From: Octopus sinensis
Lineage: Eukaryota
Assembly: GCF_006345805.1 (NCBI RefSeq)
Contig: NC_042997.1
Span: 112,158,001-112,222,000, forward strand
DNA: 64,000 nucleotides
Reading direction: 5' to 3'
Positions 50,590 to 63,468 of this stretch are shown here, in pieces (position 1 is the stretch's first letter; each line of letters opens with the position of its first letter). Both the position numbers and the translations under genes were made by a program. The notes under the pieces are model-generated. The model worked only from the letters and a program-made list of their open reading frames with translations. It did no database searches and was not told the origin of the DNA.

Positions 50590-50910
50590 TTTTAAGTGTC
50601 TAGCTGTGTCAAAGAGACATGCTTTCTCCACTGTCACAAAGTTAATAATTATGTTGGTTTCAGAAAGCTGTTTAATGTTATCCATTTAGTAACAAATATA
50701 ACTCATATTTCCTTGCAGTTCCAAAACCATTTTAATTTCCTTGTTAGATCCTGGGATTCTATATATCTTCTCAGTTTCTTTGTTCTTCACCCTGGTCTCC
50801 AATCAACTGTCTACATTATTATTTTAGAATTTACCGTTTCTTTCTTTAGCACAACAATATCCGGTCTTGAATTTTCTAGTTCCTTGTCTGTCTTGATTTT
50901 CATGTCTCAT
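50590..50910 (-). mobile_element. Degenerate R4/Dong-like REL fragment
   Basis: The minus strand reads KIKTDKELENSRPDIVVLKKE...VEKACLFDTAR, with frameshifts. Confidence 0.65.
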
Positions 50911-51559
50911 AAAAATCATAGATTGATTATTTTTGACAACTTTCATCACCATCATTGTCATCATCGTCTTCGTTGTCATCATCATCATCGTCATCGTCGT
51001 CGTTGTTGTCATCATCATCATCATCATCATCATTATCATCATCATTTAATGTTCATTTTTCTCTGCTGACATGGGTTAGCCAGGTTGAGAGGAGCTGGTT
51101 AGGCCAGGGTCCACACCAGGTCCCATTTGTCTGCTTTGGTATGGTTTCTACAGCTGGGTGCCCTTCCTAATGGCAACCACTTTACAGAGTGGCACTGGGG
51201 AGGGGGGCTTTTAATGTAGCACCAACTCCAGTGGTTTTTATGTGGTTTAAGTAACTTGCAAGGCAAAAACAAAAACCCTCAGCTGTGCCTGTTAATGAGA
51301 GATTACAGGTATATAGAGACATGGATAGATGTCTTGCTGTAGGGTAGACACATGGATACCCAGCTGGAAAAGAAAGGAGAGCCTAGAATCGAACTTGGAA
51401 TCTTGAGGTTAGTAGCCCATACTCTTAACCACTGTGTCCATTGGGTGGCAAGAGAAAAGAGACTGTAGCCTTGTTATGTATGAACTTCTTGCATATGACC
51501 CTGGTACAGAAACAACAAAAAAGTTGGAGACATGACTGAATAACATCAGATACACACTG

Positions 51560-51693
<134 letters not shown>

Positions 51694-52065
51694 AATATTT
51701 GAATCTTTTCTTTTTGAAAGCTAGATTTTTCTAGTTAACTAAACAATTTGAAACTTCATATACTGGTAGAATGTGTCAAAAGAAAACATAATTGTAAACC
51801 AAAATGAAAACGGAATTGTAATTTCTGAGTTTAACGTTGTTTAAAAATTCGAATTTTAACCAATGATATTCTTTCTTTCGGCCTCATATTATTTACTGCT
51901 TCTCAAAATATTGTTACTGTGACGTAAACAGCTATTTTGTGACATAGTTAACGTAAACATGTAAATAGCTAAAATGTAAACATCTCCGCTTATCGTAAAC
52001 TTCGTGGAGTATATATAAAATTTGTGTAGATCCTAAATAGCTACACACACATGTATACAAACATA

Positions 52066-52106
<41 letters not shown>

Positions 52107-52781
52107 CTATACGCACATATTCTAATGCATATGCATATATGTGTATGTATTTATAATGTGTGTGTATTATAGATGCATACATTATATATATATAAAAGAT
52201 GTTTACATACAATATATATATGTTATATACATCTACATGTATATGTATGTATGAATATATAAGTACCACAGAATTTGAATCAAATTGTTTTGATCCATAC
52301 ACACACACACACACACCAACACTACCATCCATGAGACATCCCAACATAATCAATGCTACTGCTACTATCATCATCATTATCATCATCATCCACTGCCGCC
52401 ACCACCACCACCACCTCTACAAAAACACCAACACTATAATTGCTGCCATCATACACATCCACTGTCACCACTACCACCACTGCCATGATAACCACATCTA
52501 CCACAGCTGTTTGCTTACTGCTTACCCACTCACAAAATAGCTATTTACGTCACATTAACACTATGCAGCTAATAATTTCAAATGAAAACAGACAATACGA
52601 TTGGTTAAAATTCGCAGATTTAAACTACGTTTAAACTTATAAAATACATTTTTGTCAAAAAAACTAGTTGAAATTATTGTTTTCTTTTGACACATTCTAC
52701 CAGTATACGAAGTTTCAAATTATTTAGTTAACTAGAAAAATCTGAAAAATCTGGCTTTCAAAAAGAAAAGATCCTAATATT
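51694..52781. mobile_element. Long-TIR fold-back element (about 250-bp imperfect arms)
   Basis: tactggtagaatgtgtcaaaagaaaac / gttttcttttgacacattctaccagta; gaattttaaccaat / attggttaaaattc; gtgacgtaaacagctattttgtga / tcacaaaatagctatttacgtcac. Confidence 0.75.
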
Positions 52782-53109
52782 TTAAAAAGGATTGTGACAT
52801 AACTCTTCACAAAGGTAAACAGTCAAGATGAAGAGCACGATTCGATTGTAAGATATTTTATTAGTTGAACGAAATTTCAACAGTACGTCTGTCTTTGTCA
52901 AGTTCAAAATAAGAAGTGATAAAAATTCAAAATTATAGAAATTTAAATGTAAAGTATGAACGAAAGCAACCAGCATCCACACATTGATGGAATGACATCA
53001 TCAGTTTTTAAGTTACAATTTTATAACAGGCAAAAAGAAAAAGACAGAAAAATAAGAGAAAAAGAAGATGACAGAAAGAAAGGAGAGAAAAAGAGAGAAA
53101 GAAGAATAT

Positions 53110-53628
53110 TTAATCAAACAATTTTGCATAAATTTGATGACATTCTCTTGCCATCTTATTCATTCCTCCAGGGCATGATGTTAATAACCCGCAAAGATAT
53201 TTCTCCTCATACATTCTGAGAGGTGAAAGGGAAGTAGGTTCAGAATATTTTCTGAGAATATACACTTTCAAGTCTTCTTCAAAATTGCAGCCGCTTGAAA
53301 CGAAATGTTCAGCAAGTTCTGTTGAACTACTGTTATTGTGCCTGACATCGAATCTGTACCCATTAAACCTTTTGTTTAATTGTTCTGTTGTGCAACCAAC
53401 ATAAATTAAGTTGTGTTTCATGCATTCTACAGTGTACACCAAATGAGAATCTTTACATGTTCCACCTTCTGTATAATTCATAACATTTCTGTTATGATTT
53501 CTGATGGAATTCACTTCACTCATGTTGTTGCACAATGAACAGGGTTTACCTCTCTTGTGGCTGTTCTTTAAGGTACAGTGTATAGATACTCCAATGTTCG
53601 TTTTCTTGGAGTCAGATACAGAGGTCAA
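53110..53628 (-). mobile_element. Penelope-like element GIY-YIG endonuclease ORF (172 aa, no RT visible)
   Basis: KPCSLC linker; TCKDSHLVYTVECMKHNLIYVGCTTEQLNKRF (VY-YVG motif plus conserved R); ELAEHF; MYEEKY; PGGMN. Confidence 0.88.
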
Positions 53629-53709
53629 TAATTCTCTTATATTATATGTTGATCTTCATTAATACCCCATGTCTTGCAGTTCTCTACCACGTGTAACTCT
53701 ATCATGTGT

Positions 53710-54027
53710 AACCTGCCTCATCACTAGACTATCATTTCTTTGGCACCATGAAAGAGGGTTTGAGAGGCAAGCATTATTCTAGTGACGAGGAAGTGAAAAC
53801 TGTAGTAAAGAAGTGGCTCAAAGAACAGTCAACAGAATTTTACAGGGCAGGGATACATGCTCTCATTCGAGGGTGAAACATTGCTATTGAGAGAAATGGT
53901 GACTATGTTGAGAAGTAGGGATGTGATCCAGAGAGGACCAGCTTCATTTTGATGTATGATACATGTTCCTGTGTTGGTAATTATACCAGTCCTAAACAAA
54001 ATGGCATTACTTTTTAACTCACCCTCG
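53710..54027 (+). mobile_element. Mariner 3' end fragment with right TIR
   Basis: DYHFFGTMKEGLRGKHYSSDEEVKTVVKKWLKEQSTEFYRAGIHALI..NGDYVEK*. It ends cattactttttaactcaccctcg|TA. Confidence 0.85.
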
Positions 54028-55336
54028 TATATACATAGATTAAGAGGGATAACTATAATTCTGGCTGCTATCATCTCATTAGCACATATTTCCAATATTA
54101 TGGTATGTATTATATAATACTGTATGAATTGCATAACATTTTAATGAGATATGAATAAATATATTCCCCATTTATGGAAACAATTGTAATGTCAATCTAA
54201 CTTCCCTTTTTTTCATTGAAATGATTATACATCGAAGTCGAAATCAAACTCGATTGCAAAGACCTATTGAGGCAAGTGAAATCGAAATTGAAATCAAACT
54301 CGGTGACTGGCATCTGTTGCTAGTGGAGCACTAAGAGCACCATACAAGTGAGATCGTTGCTAGAGCAACAAGCTGGCCTTTGTGCTGGTGTCACGTTAAA
54401 AAAAACACCATTCAAGCGTGATCGTTGCCTGCGTTGCCTTACTAGCACTTGTGCTGGTGGCATGTGAAAAAACATTCGAGTGAGGTCGTCGCTAGTGCCG
54501 CTGGACTGGCTCCTGTGCAGGTAGCACATAAAAAGCACCATTTGAGCATGACCATTGCCAGTACCACCTAACTTGCCCTCGTGCCAGTGGCACATAAAAG
54601 CACCCATTACACTCTCGGAGTGGTTGGCATTAAGAAGGGCATCGAGCTGTAGAAACTCTGCCGGATCAGATTGGAGTCTGGTTTGCCAGACCTCAGTCAA
54701 ATCGCCCAACCCATGCTAGCATGGAAAGCGGACGTTAAACAATGATGATGATGGTTTGTAGTGTAGTAAGGTTCCTGCTGTGGCCTGAACCATTGTGCTC
54801 AGACTCCCTTGCTCAGGATGGTTGTGATTGTAGTAAAGGTGGTAGTGGTGATGGTGGGGTGGTGATAGCAATGACAATGACACAAAATAAAGACATCGTC
54901 TGAGAAGGAAAGAAATAATTACATCTCGTTAAATAATTATCAAACTAAGCAGTTGTTAAGGTATATACTCACTGTAACAACAATAATTTATAAATTTTCT
55001 TTTTTCTCTTTTGTCCAACTTCACTGTAAATGACTTTAAAACACAGAATCAATACTAATAGTTTTGTACAAACAAATTGTTTATTAGATTTACTGTACTC
55101 AAAAATATTTTTATTTCACTCTGTCTGAAACACAGCATTGTTCATTTACAGTTGTTTATACTGCTTCTATCTGCATTGGAATCATTCAAACAGTTTGTTG
55201 ACATAACAGGAAGACCAAAAGAAGGGGAAAAGTAAAGCCTTGAATGTTTCTTTATTTCATGTGATATTATGTCATATCGCATAAAGGCAGTGTGAGATGG
55301 CAGAATCATTTGTGCATCAGATAAAATGCTCTGCTG

Positions 55337-56160
55337 AGGTGGCAAGCTGGCAGAATCGTTAGCACACCGGGTGAAATACTTAGTGGTATTTCATCAGCCG
55401 CTACGTTCTGACTTCAAATTCCGCCAATGTCGACTTTGCCTTTCATCCCTTCGGGGTCGATTAAATAAGTACCAGTTACGCACTGGGGTCGATATAATCA
55501 ACTTAATCCGTTTGTCTGTTCGTGTTTGTCCTCTCTGTGTTTATCTCCTTGTGGGTAGTAAAGAAATAGGTATTTCACCTGTCTTTATGTTCTGAGTTCA
55601 AATTCAGCCGAGGTTGACTTTGCCTTTCATCCTTTAGGGGTCAATAAATTAAGTACCAGTAAATCACTGGGGTCAATTTAATCGATTATCCCCCCTCCTC
55701 CAAATTTCAGGCCTTGTGCCTATAGTAGAAAGGATTATTATTATTATTATTATCATTATTATTATTATTATTAAAGCGGTGAACTGGCAGAAACATTAGC
55801 ATGCCAGTGAAATGCTTAGCGGTATTTTGCTCTGAGTTCAAATTCCACCAAGGCCAACTTTGCCTTCCATCCTTTTGGAGTTGATAAATTAAGTACCAGT
55901 TGCATACTGGGGTCGATCTAATCGACTGGCTCCCCTCCCCCAAAATTTCGGGCTTTGTACCTAGAGTAGGAAAGATAAAATGCTTTGCAGCATTTCTTCT
56001 GGGCCGTTACGTACTGAGTTCAAATTCTGTTGAGGTCAACTTTACTTATCAGGCTTTCGGGATCAATAAAATAAGTATGAGCAAAGTGCTGGGATTGAAG
56101 TAATCAACTTGTAACCCCTCGCCTAAAAAATTGCTGGCCTTGTGCCAAAAATTAGAAAGA
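55337..56160 (+). mobile_element. Cluster of four aaggcggcgagctggcag-family SINE units with three alternative tails
   Basis: The central domain is repeated four times. Tails: ...gtgggtagtaaagaaata, ...gccttgtgcctatagtagaaaggattatt and ...gctggccttgtgccaaaa. Confidence 0.75.
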
Positions 56161-56462
56161 ATTATCATCTCATCTTTTTATCTTTTATCTTTTATTTGTT
56201 TCAGTCATTAGACTATGGCCATGCTGGGGCACCACCTTGAAGAATTTTTGGTCAAATGAATTGACCTCAGTACATTTTCTTTTTAAAACCGGGTACTTAT
56301 TCTATCGCTTTCTTTTGTTGAACTGCTAAGTTATGGGGATGTAAATAAACCAACACCTGTTGTTAAGTGGTGGTGGGCAAACATGATGCAAAGACAAATA
56401 CAGACACATAGAGGAGGAAAGAGGAAGTGGAGGAAGAGGAGGAAAACGATGATGATGGATGA

Positions 56463-56499
<37 letters not shown>

Positions 56500-57272
56500 G
56501 CCCAAAGATATCTTTGGCAATTTGATAGTGAGAAATACCGTCCTCCTCCTATTCTTCCCTTCCCCTTCTTCCTCCTCTCCTTCCTCCTCCTCCTCCCACT
56601 TGTACCATATTTCTGACACCCTCCCCTCATGGACCTGCTCTCTTGTCCTCTCCCCACCATCCAACAGCTGCATCATCTTTACTACACCTACTGCTCATTG
56701 ATCCCCACACTTCTGCAGCCCTTTATCATCCCCAGCTCATGACTCTTGTCTCACCCTCCCTTCAACCCTATCCATTTTGACAGTCTGCCTTCCACCATTC
56801 CCCTTCCCATACAATCTCACAAATGAGTTTCTACTAAGTTTTTGCTTTTGGGTGGAGGGGGTCACCTGGGCACCTGGGCACCTTATCACTGATGTCATCT
56901 GTTTTGCAGCTTCCACTGATGCAGATTCCTCTGCAAGAACCTGCTTTACCCTGACCCTTCATAGTAATCCTCGTGTTCCCTAACATGAAACTGATCCCTC
57001 TCTTACCCTGGGGCTCATAGTTTTGTGGACTGCATGGCAATGTCAATAGACATGAAAAAAGCATCAGGTATGCTCTGTAAAGTGGTTGGCATTCGGAAGG
57101 ACATCCAGCCAGAGACACCAAAGCAGAAACTGGAGCTTGAAGCAGTCCTTGGACATATCAGTTCCAGTCACACTGTCCAACCCATTCCAGCATGGAATAT
57201 GGTTGTTAAATGATAATGATAATGATAAGAATTATGAAAGCTGGATAAGAGGTCCTGTACTGTATAGTACCA

Positions 57273-57664
57273 TGGTGGCGAGCTGGTAGAAATGTTAGCA
57301 CAATGCTTAACGGTATTTCGTCTGTTTTTACCTTCTGAGTTCAAATTCGACTGAAGTCGACTTTGCCTTTCATCCTTTCGAGGTCGAGAACTTAAGTACC
57401 AGTTACGCACTGGGGTCGATGTAATCGATTTAATACCTAAGTCTGTCCTTGTTTGTCCCCTCTATGTTTAGCCCCTTGTGGGTAATAAAGAAATAGGTAT
57501 TTCGTCTGTTTTTACATTCTGAGTTCAAATTCCACTGAGGTTGACTTTGCCTTTCATCCTTTTGGGGTCAATTAAATAAGTACCAGTTACACACTGGGGT
57601 CGATGTAATCGACTTAATCCCTTTGTCTGTCCTTGTTTGTCCCCTTGTGAGCAATAAAGAGATT
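57273..57664 (+). mobile_element. SINE dimer with 12-bp TSD
   Basis: tgtatagtacca at 57261-57272 and 57665-57676. Confidence 0.85.
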
Positions 57665-58739
57665 TGTATAGTACCAAAATATGCTGTACTCGAGAGGAAC
57701 TGCCCACCAAGGTGCCACATAAAAATGCACTGATACTGGTGCCACATAAAATGCACCGGTGCCAGTGCCATGTAAAATGCACCAAGCACATTCTTTAAAG
57801 TAGTTGGTGTTAGGAAGAGCACCCAGCCACAGAGACCATGCCAAAACAGACTCTGAAACCTAGTGTGGCTCCTGGCCTTGTCAGTTCCTGTCAAACTGTC
57901 CAACCCATGCCAGCATGGAAAACAGGCATTAACTGTTGATGATGATGGCTTAATAGTTAAATAGTTTGTTAGGTGAGGGGTTCAGTCCTACTCTATGACA
58001 TCTTGGGGCTGTGTCAGTTATCCTGCCTTTGGTTTTATCCAAACCAGCATGAACAGATTCAAGGCACCACTGACATCCTACAAGATCAAAAGATGACAAC
58101 CTGAATAAATTCCAATCTTCTCCTCATAGACGAAGAATGAGAAATGATTAATAATTAACATGGTGCATTAATTAATATGGTGTGTTCATTGTCGTGATGG
58201 ACCTGACAACTTTCGTTGAGTTCACTGCAACATGTTTAGTCGTCAGATATTTATCCAATTGTATTTGGTTGAGTGAATAACTGTTTGGAAATCTGATATT
58301 AATAATTCAGATGTAATCATCATCGTCGTCGTCATCATCGCTGTAATCATCATCGTCGTCGTCGTCATCGCCATCATCGTCGTCGCCGTCGCCGCTGTCG
58401 TCGTCGTCGTCTTCATCATCATCATTGTCATCGTCGTTGTCGTCGTCATCGTCATCATCGTCATTCCCACCACTATCATCCCCATCATCATTTAACACCC
58501 ATCTTACCATACTTGCATTCTCACATGAAATTTGTTGAAAGCAAATTTCCTACGACCAGATGCCCTTCCTACCATTGATCTTCTTCTGTTTCCAAATAAT
58601 GTCATCTTTCCCCATGGCCAGACATGTTTTTACAGAATACTGGAAATAACAACATCATATGTATGACAATGATGCTCATTTGAAACCATCACGCGATGTC
58701 TGAACAAAGGTACCCACTAACATAAAAACACACACATTG

Positions 58740-58759
<20 letters not shown>

Positions 58760-58773
<14 letters not shown>

Positions 58774-59293
58774 TGAGTAAGAGAGCAGAGCATGCCATCA
58801 AAGTGACACTGGGGTAAAATATACAAAGCCCAATATGCCCATCATGACTATCCGTCTGATAAGAGTACACTAGGCACATGCATCACAACCATATGTGTGC
58901 GACATGGTGATCTCATATCAAGATAAACAGCACATGACCTTGCAGGCTGGGCCCAGTTAGAATTTTCTTCTGGTCGAGTAGCTCATCCCATTCAAAAGGT
59001 CCCTGAATAAGGGTTGTTTAAGGATGTTGAACAAAACACCCATGTTTCCAGAGGTGAATTATTCAAACCCCAAAGAATTCCTTTCAACACACGGCTATGA
59101 TGCTCCCCCACTACTTCTGCTCGTGATCAGAGATGCACATATCGTCCGCCACCAAGGGACTTGCTCAACTGGTTATGGTCAAAGAACTGACAAGCAAATC
59201 TGTGGTATTGAGCAGAATATTTGCAGTAGTCCATCTTTTATACCAAGACAAAACAATGTACATGATAACACTTCCAATCAGTTAAGATCAGAA
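58760..59293 (-). mobile_element. Second copy of the (TAA)n-tailed non-coding retroposon
   Basis: Aligns end to end with 17855-18373. Confidence 0.8.
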
Positions 59294-59764
59294 GTAAAAC
59301 AGATGTAAAACAAGTGGTTGCCACAGGTAGGAAGATTCCATTACTGCTAGAGACGCCAGAAAATTCTTTCTGTCCCTGCCATGTCAGCTCCACCAGAATC
59401 GGTTTCTTCAGCAACTGGGGTTCTTGTTAACAAAGCTACACAACCGATTGTCAAGTGACATTTTCAAAAAATATTTGTTTGATACGGAAAATAAATTTAA
59501 GGAAACAGGAGAATCAGTAGATGGTGAATTATGTCGTTTTGTAATGGGAAATGTAGTTAGTTAATTTGTTGTTTGACCAGTGAATTGTTGTGATGTTAGG
59601 GTTTAACGAATGAGGGAGGCAAAACAAACTGAAAGGAAAACTGGGAAAATGGATGTGAGGAGGAATCAGAAATAAGTGAGAAAACTGTGCTGGTATAGAC
59701 ATGGTGATGATGATGATGATGATGGTGGTGGTGATGATGACGACGACGATGATGATGATGATGA

Positions 59765-59842
<78 letters not shown>

Positions 59843-60344
59843 TTTACATGGAACCAGCAGTGGTGCTTTTTACATACACACACACACACACACATACATA
59901 CAATGGGCTTCTATCTACCAAATCCGCTCACAAAGATTTGTTTGACTAAAGGCGGTGCTCCAGCATGGCCACAGTCAAATGACTGAAACCAATAAAAGAA
60001 TGAAAGAATGAAAGAATATGGTTTTGGGTTCACTCCTACTGCATGCCACCTTGGGCAAGTGTCTTCAACTATAGCCCATCATCATCATTATCATCATCAT
60101 CTTCCATGCTGGCATGGGTTGGGCAGTCTGACAAGAGCTGGCAAAGCCAGGAGCTGTACCAGGTTTTATAGTCTGTTTTGCCATGGTGTCTACAGCTGGA
60201 GGCCCTTCCTAATGCCAACCACTTTCAGAGTGTACTGGATGCTTTTTACATGGCACCAGCACCAATGCTTTTTATGCGGTACCACTACCAGTGCTTTCAC
60301 TGCTGATGGTGCTCCATGGTATATAAAATATGGAGTGGGAAGAT

Positions 60345-60575
60345 AAATGGTCTTGTGGTCAGTTTTGCATTCATAATCCTAAGATTGTGAGGTTTGAATC
60401 CTGAGCTGGACAGGGCATTGTATTCTTGAGCAAATCACTTCATTTCACTTTGTTTCAGTCCATTCAGATGTAAACAAGTTCCAGCAACAGATGGAAAGTT
60501 AACCCTGTGAAGGACTGGTATCCCATCCAAGAGGAAGCTTTGTAATTTTAGTCACTTATACACCACAGAAACCGG
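60345..60575 (+). mobile_element. Degenerate tRNA-derived SINE with V-domain-like block
   Basis: aaccctgtgaaggactggtatcccatccaag resembles the CCCTGCGATGGACTGG block of V-type SINEs. Confidence 0.45.
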
Positions 60576-61254
60576 GTTTTAATTTTTGGTTTTATGAGTC
60601 CTATGGCTCATGACAGACCTACTGTGTTTGGAATATATCAGTTATATGAAGAATTGTGCAGCACTGCATGTGAAGGGGACTTGAGAAAGACAGACAACAA
60701 GGAAGATTTGAGATGAAATGGGGAAGAGTCATCTTGAGATGATTGGCATGTAAAAAGCACCATCTGAACGTGGTTGATGCCAGGACCCCTTGACTGGCTC
60801 CCACACTGATTGTATGTAAAAAGCACCATCTGAACATGGTAGATGCCAGTACCCCCTGACTGACTCTCATGCCGGTGGCACATAAAAAGAACTAACCAAA
60901 TGTGATTGATGCCAGGACCATCTGACTGGCCCCCATGCCAGTGGCATGTAAAAAACACCATCTGAATGTGGTCGATGCCAGTAGCCTCTAACTAGCCTCC
61001 GTGCTGGTGGCACACAAAACGCACTATCCAAATGTGACTGATTCCAGGCTCACCAAACTGACTCTTGTGCCGATGGCATGTAAAGAGCACCCACTACACT
61101 CTCGGAGTGGTTGGCATTAGGAAGGGCATCCAGCTGTAGAAACTCTGCCAAATCAGATTGAAGCCTGGGGCAGCTTCCTGGTTTGCCAGTCCCCAGTCAA
61201 ACCATCCAAACTTTGCCACCATGGAAAACAGATGTTAAACGATGATGATGATGA

Positions 61255-61288
<34 letters not shown>

Positions 61289-61349
61289 TGTTTGTAGAAA
61301 ACAAAAAACTGGAGAAGAAGCACACTCTGAGATGTAGAGCAGTATATAT

Positions 61350-61555
61350 TAAAAATGGAGGAAGGTCAGTTTATGGGATTACTTTAGGTTTCCCATCCAT
61401 AAAGGGTTTAGCTTTATGGCTTATTGTCACACCCTAAAACCTGTTGGCCTCAGACCTTTTAGGTTTTGGGGTCTGATGATACGTCATAAAACTAAACCCT
61501 TTATGGACGGTAAACCCAGTGTAATCCCATAAACCAGCCCGCCCAATTTTTAGTA
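61350..61555. repeat. Fold-back element with degenerate hammerhead (family F)
   Basis: 61367-61418 is the reverse complement of 61485-61537. ggggt-CTGATGA(61473)-t-acgtc...gacgg-t-aaac-ccagt-GTA-atccc; the mirror arm retains GAAAC. Confidence 0.7.
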
Positions 61556-61574
61556 CACACACACACACACTATC

Positions 61575-61580
61575 AATCTG

Positions 61581-61626
<46 letters not shown>

Positions 61627-61700
61627 AGTCTGTCTATCTATCTATCTGTCTATCTATTTATCTATCAGTCTGTCTATCTATCTATCTATCTATCTATCTG

Positions 61701-61732
<32 letters not shown>

Positions 61733-61840
61733 CCTACCTATCTATCATTCCAGCAGGCTAGTTTTATTCACACACATACACATACATGTATGTGTGTGTG
61801 TGTGAATAAAACTAGCCTGCTGGAATGATAGATAGGTAGG

Positions 61841-61901
<61 letters not shown>

Positions 61902-61945
61902 GATAGATAGATAGATCGATAAATAGATAGATAGATAGACAGATT

Positions 61946-62033
<88 letters not shown>

Positions 62034-62035
62034 TA
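61575..62035. repeat. Inverted duplication of a (TCTA)n array around a unique palindromic core
   Basis: tatcattccagcaggctagttttattcacacaca / tgtgtgtgaataaaactagcctgctggaatgata. Confidence 0.9.
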
Positions 62036-62937
62036 TGATGTTATAGAGAAACAATAGTTAAAATTCTAAATGACTGACCTAAATAACAAATGCCTTTTAC
62101 TGTTAGGACACATTAACTGTGTCTCATTAGCTTCAATTTTCTTTTTCCTGTTGCCCTGACACATTGTACTTTCACACACACACACACATGCATATACATA
62201 CACTGAATTTTCTCCTCAACATGAAAGTAATTTTAATGAATTAAAATTTCTTGGCTTAGTTCACAACTTTAAAAACTTTTAAAACTGACCAGTGTTTAAT
62301 GCAAACGGAAGAACCATGCATGAGAGAAGTCAGAAGATGGAGGATTTTTAAGAATTATCATGTGGAGCATGCTTTCCTTCCAACCATGAATGTAGTCAGA
62401 AGACGTAGCACAAGATGATGAAATTGAGGAGGTAAAGGAATACATCTGCTTAGGATGTGCAATGAACATGTACCAAAGTATCATCATCATCATATTCATC
62501 ATTTAATGTCCGTTTTCCATGCTAGCACAGGTTGGATGGTTCAACCGGGGTCTGGGAAGCCAGGAGGCTGCACCAGGCTCCGGTCTGATCTGGCAGTGTT
62601 TCTACAGCTGGATGCCCTTCCTAACGCCAACCACTCCGTGAGTGTAGTGGGTGCTTTTTATGTGCCACCGGCACAGGTGCCAGGGTAGGCTGGCAGTGGC
62701 CACGATCGGTTGGTGCGTTTTACGTGCCACCGGCACAGAAGCCAGTCAAGGTGGTGCTGGCATTGGCCACATTCGGATGGTGCTTTTTACCTGCCACCGG
62801 CACAAGTATCACAACTACGATTTCCATTGATATTTATTTTGATGTTGATTTACCCTCACCATAATGCGATTCACCTATCGCAGTTAGTTTATTATTCAAG
62901 CTTATGTTGATTCCTCCGAGGCGTTGTTTTGCATTTA

Positions 62938-63030
62938 TAATGAAATAAATATGGATACTAGAATCTCAAAGAGGATAAGGATAGGATGGAAGGCATTTAA
63001 TTCAATAAAGGACGTTTTAGTAATGGAAGG
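62938..63030 (+). mobile_element. RTE RT thumb fragment (continues at 63478-63640)
   Basis: NEINMDTRISKRIRIGWKAFNSIKDVL, then SKLDNALHARLFKSTILPVFSFTSEMWPTTK. Confidence 0.75.
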
Positions 63031-63090
63031 TAAAGTTTACGATATTGGAAGAATATTATCTCCTTCCATCATCCTTTTCTTGTTCTTCAT

Positions 63091-63468
63091 GTAGTTCAGG
63101 CTTTCGGCAGGTGAAGAGAAAAGAATTCAAGTACAACTGCTATTTACAACTGGTTTATTTACAGGAAAGGTGAAGTGTGCTGCTCTCAGCTACCATCTTA
63201 AGCTCCGATAGTGTGGGCGCATTGCCTCTGGAGATAGACAGGCAGAAAATCTCTGCCAGTGGTTGTGTTCAGCCAGTGCTGCTGTGTAGTGGCACCAAAA
63301 AAGAGAAATTTGAAGAGGGTTTTCCCTTTATATAGTTTTCTCCAATGCGAGCCTTGTGATCTCGAGCATCGCAAATGGATGCAGACGAGGTCGTGATCCA
63401 GTCTCAGAGATGGCAATGGCTGCTGTGAGATCTCATCCAATATGGCGCTGACTGCTTGTGCCGCTACA
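63091..63468 (-). mobile_element. Putative solo LTR
   Basis: TGTAG...CTACA termini, with TATATAAAG and AATAAA on the minus strand. The end is homologous to 13800-13884. No TSD was found. Confidence 0.5.

Noticed and set aside
59024-59308. 94-aa ORF MLNKTPMFPEV...
   Set aside because: It lies antisense within the dispersed (TAA)n-tailed repeat and shows no recognisable protein motif.
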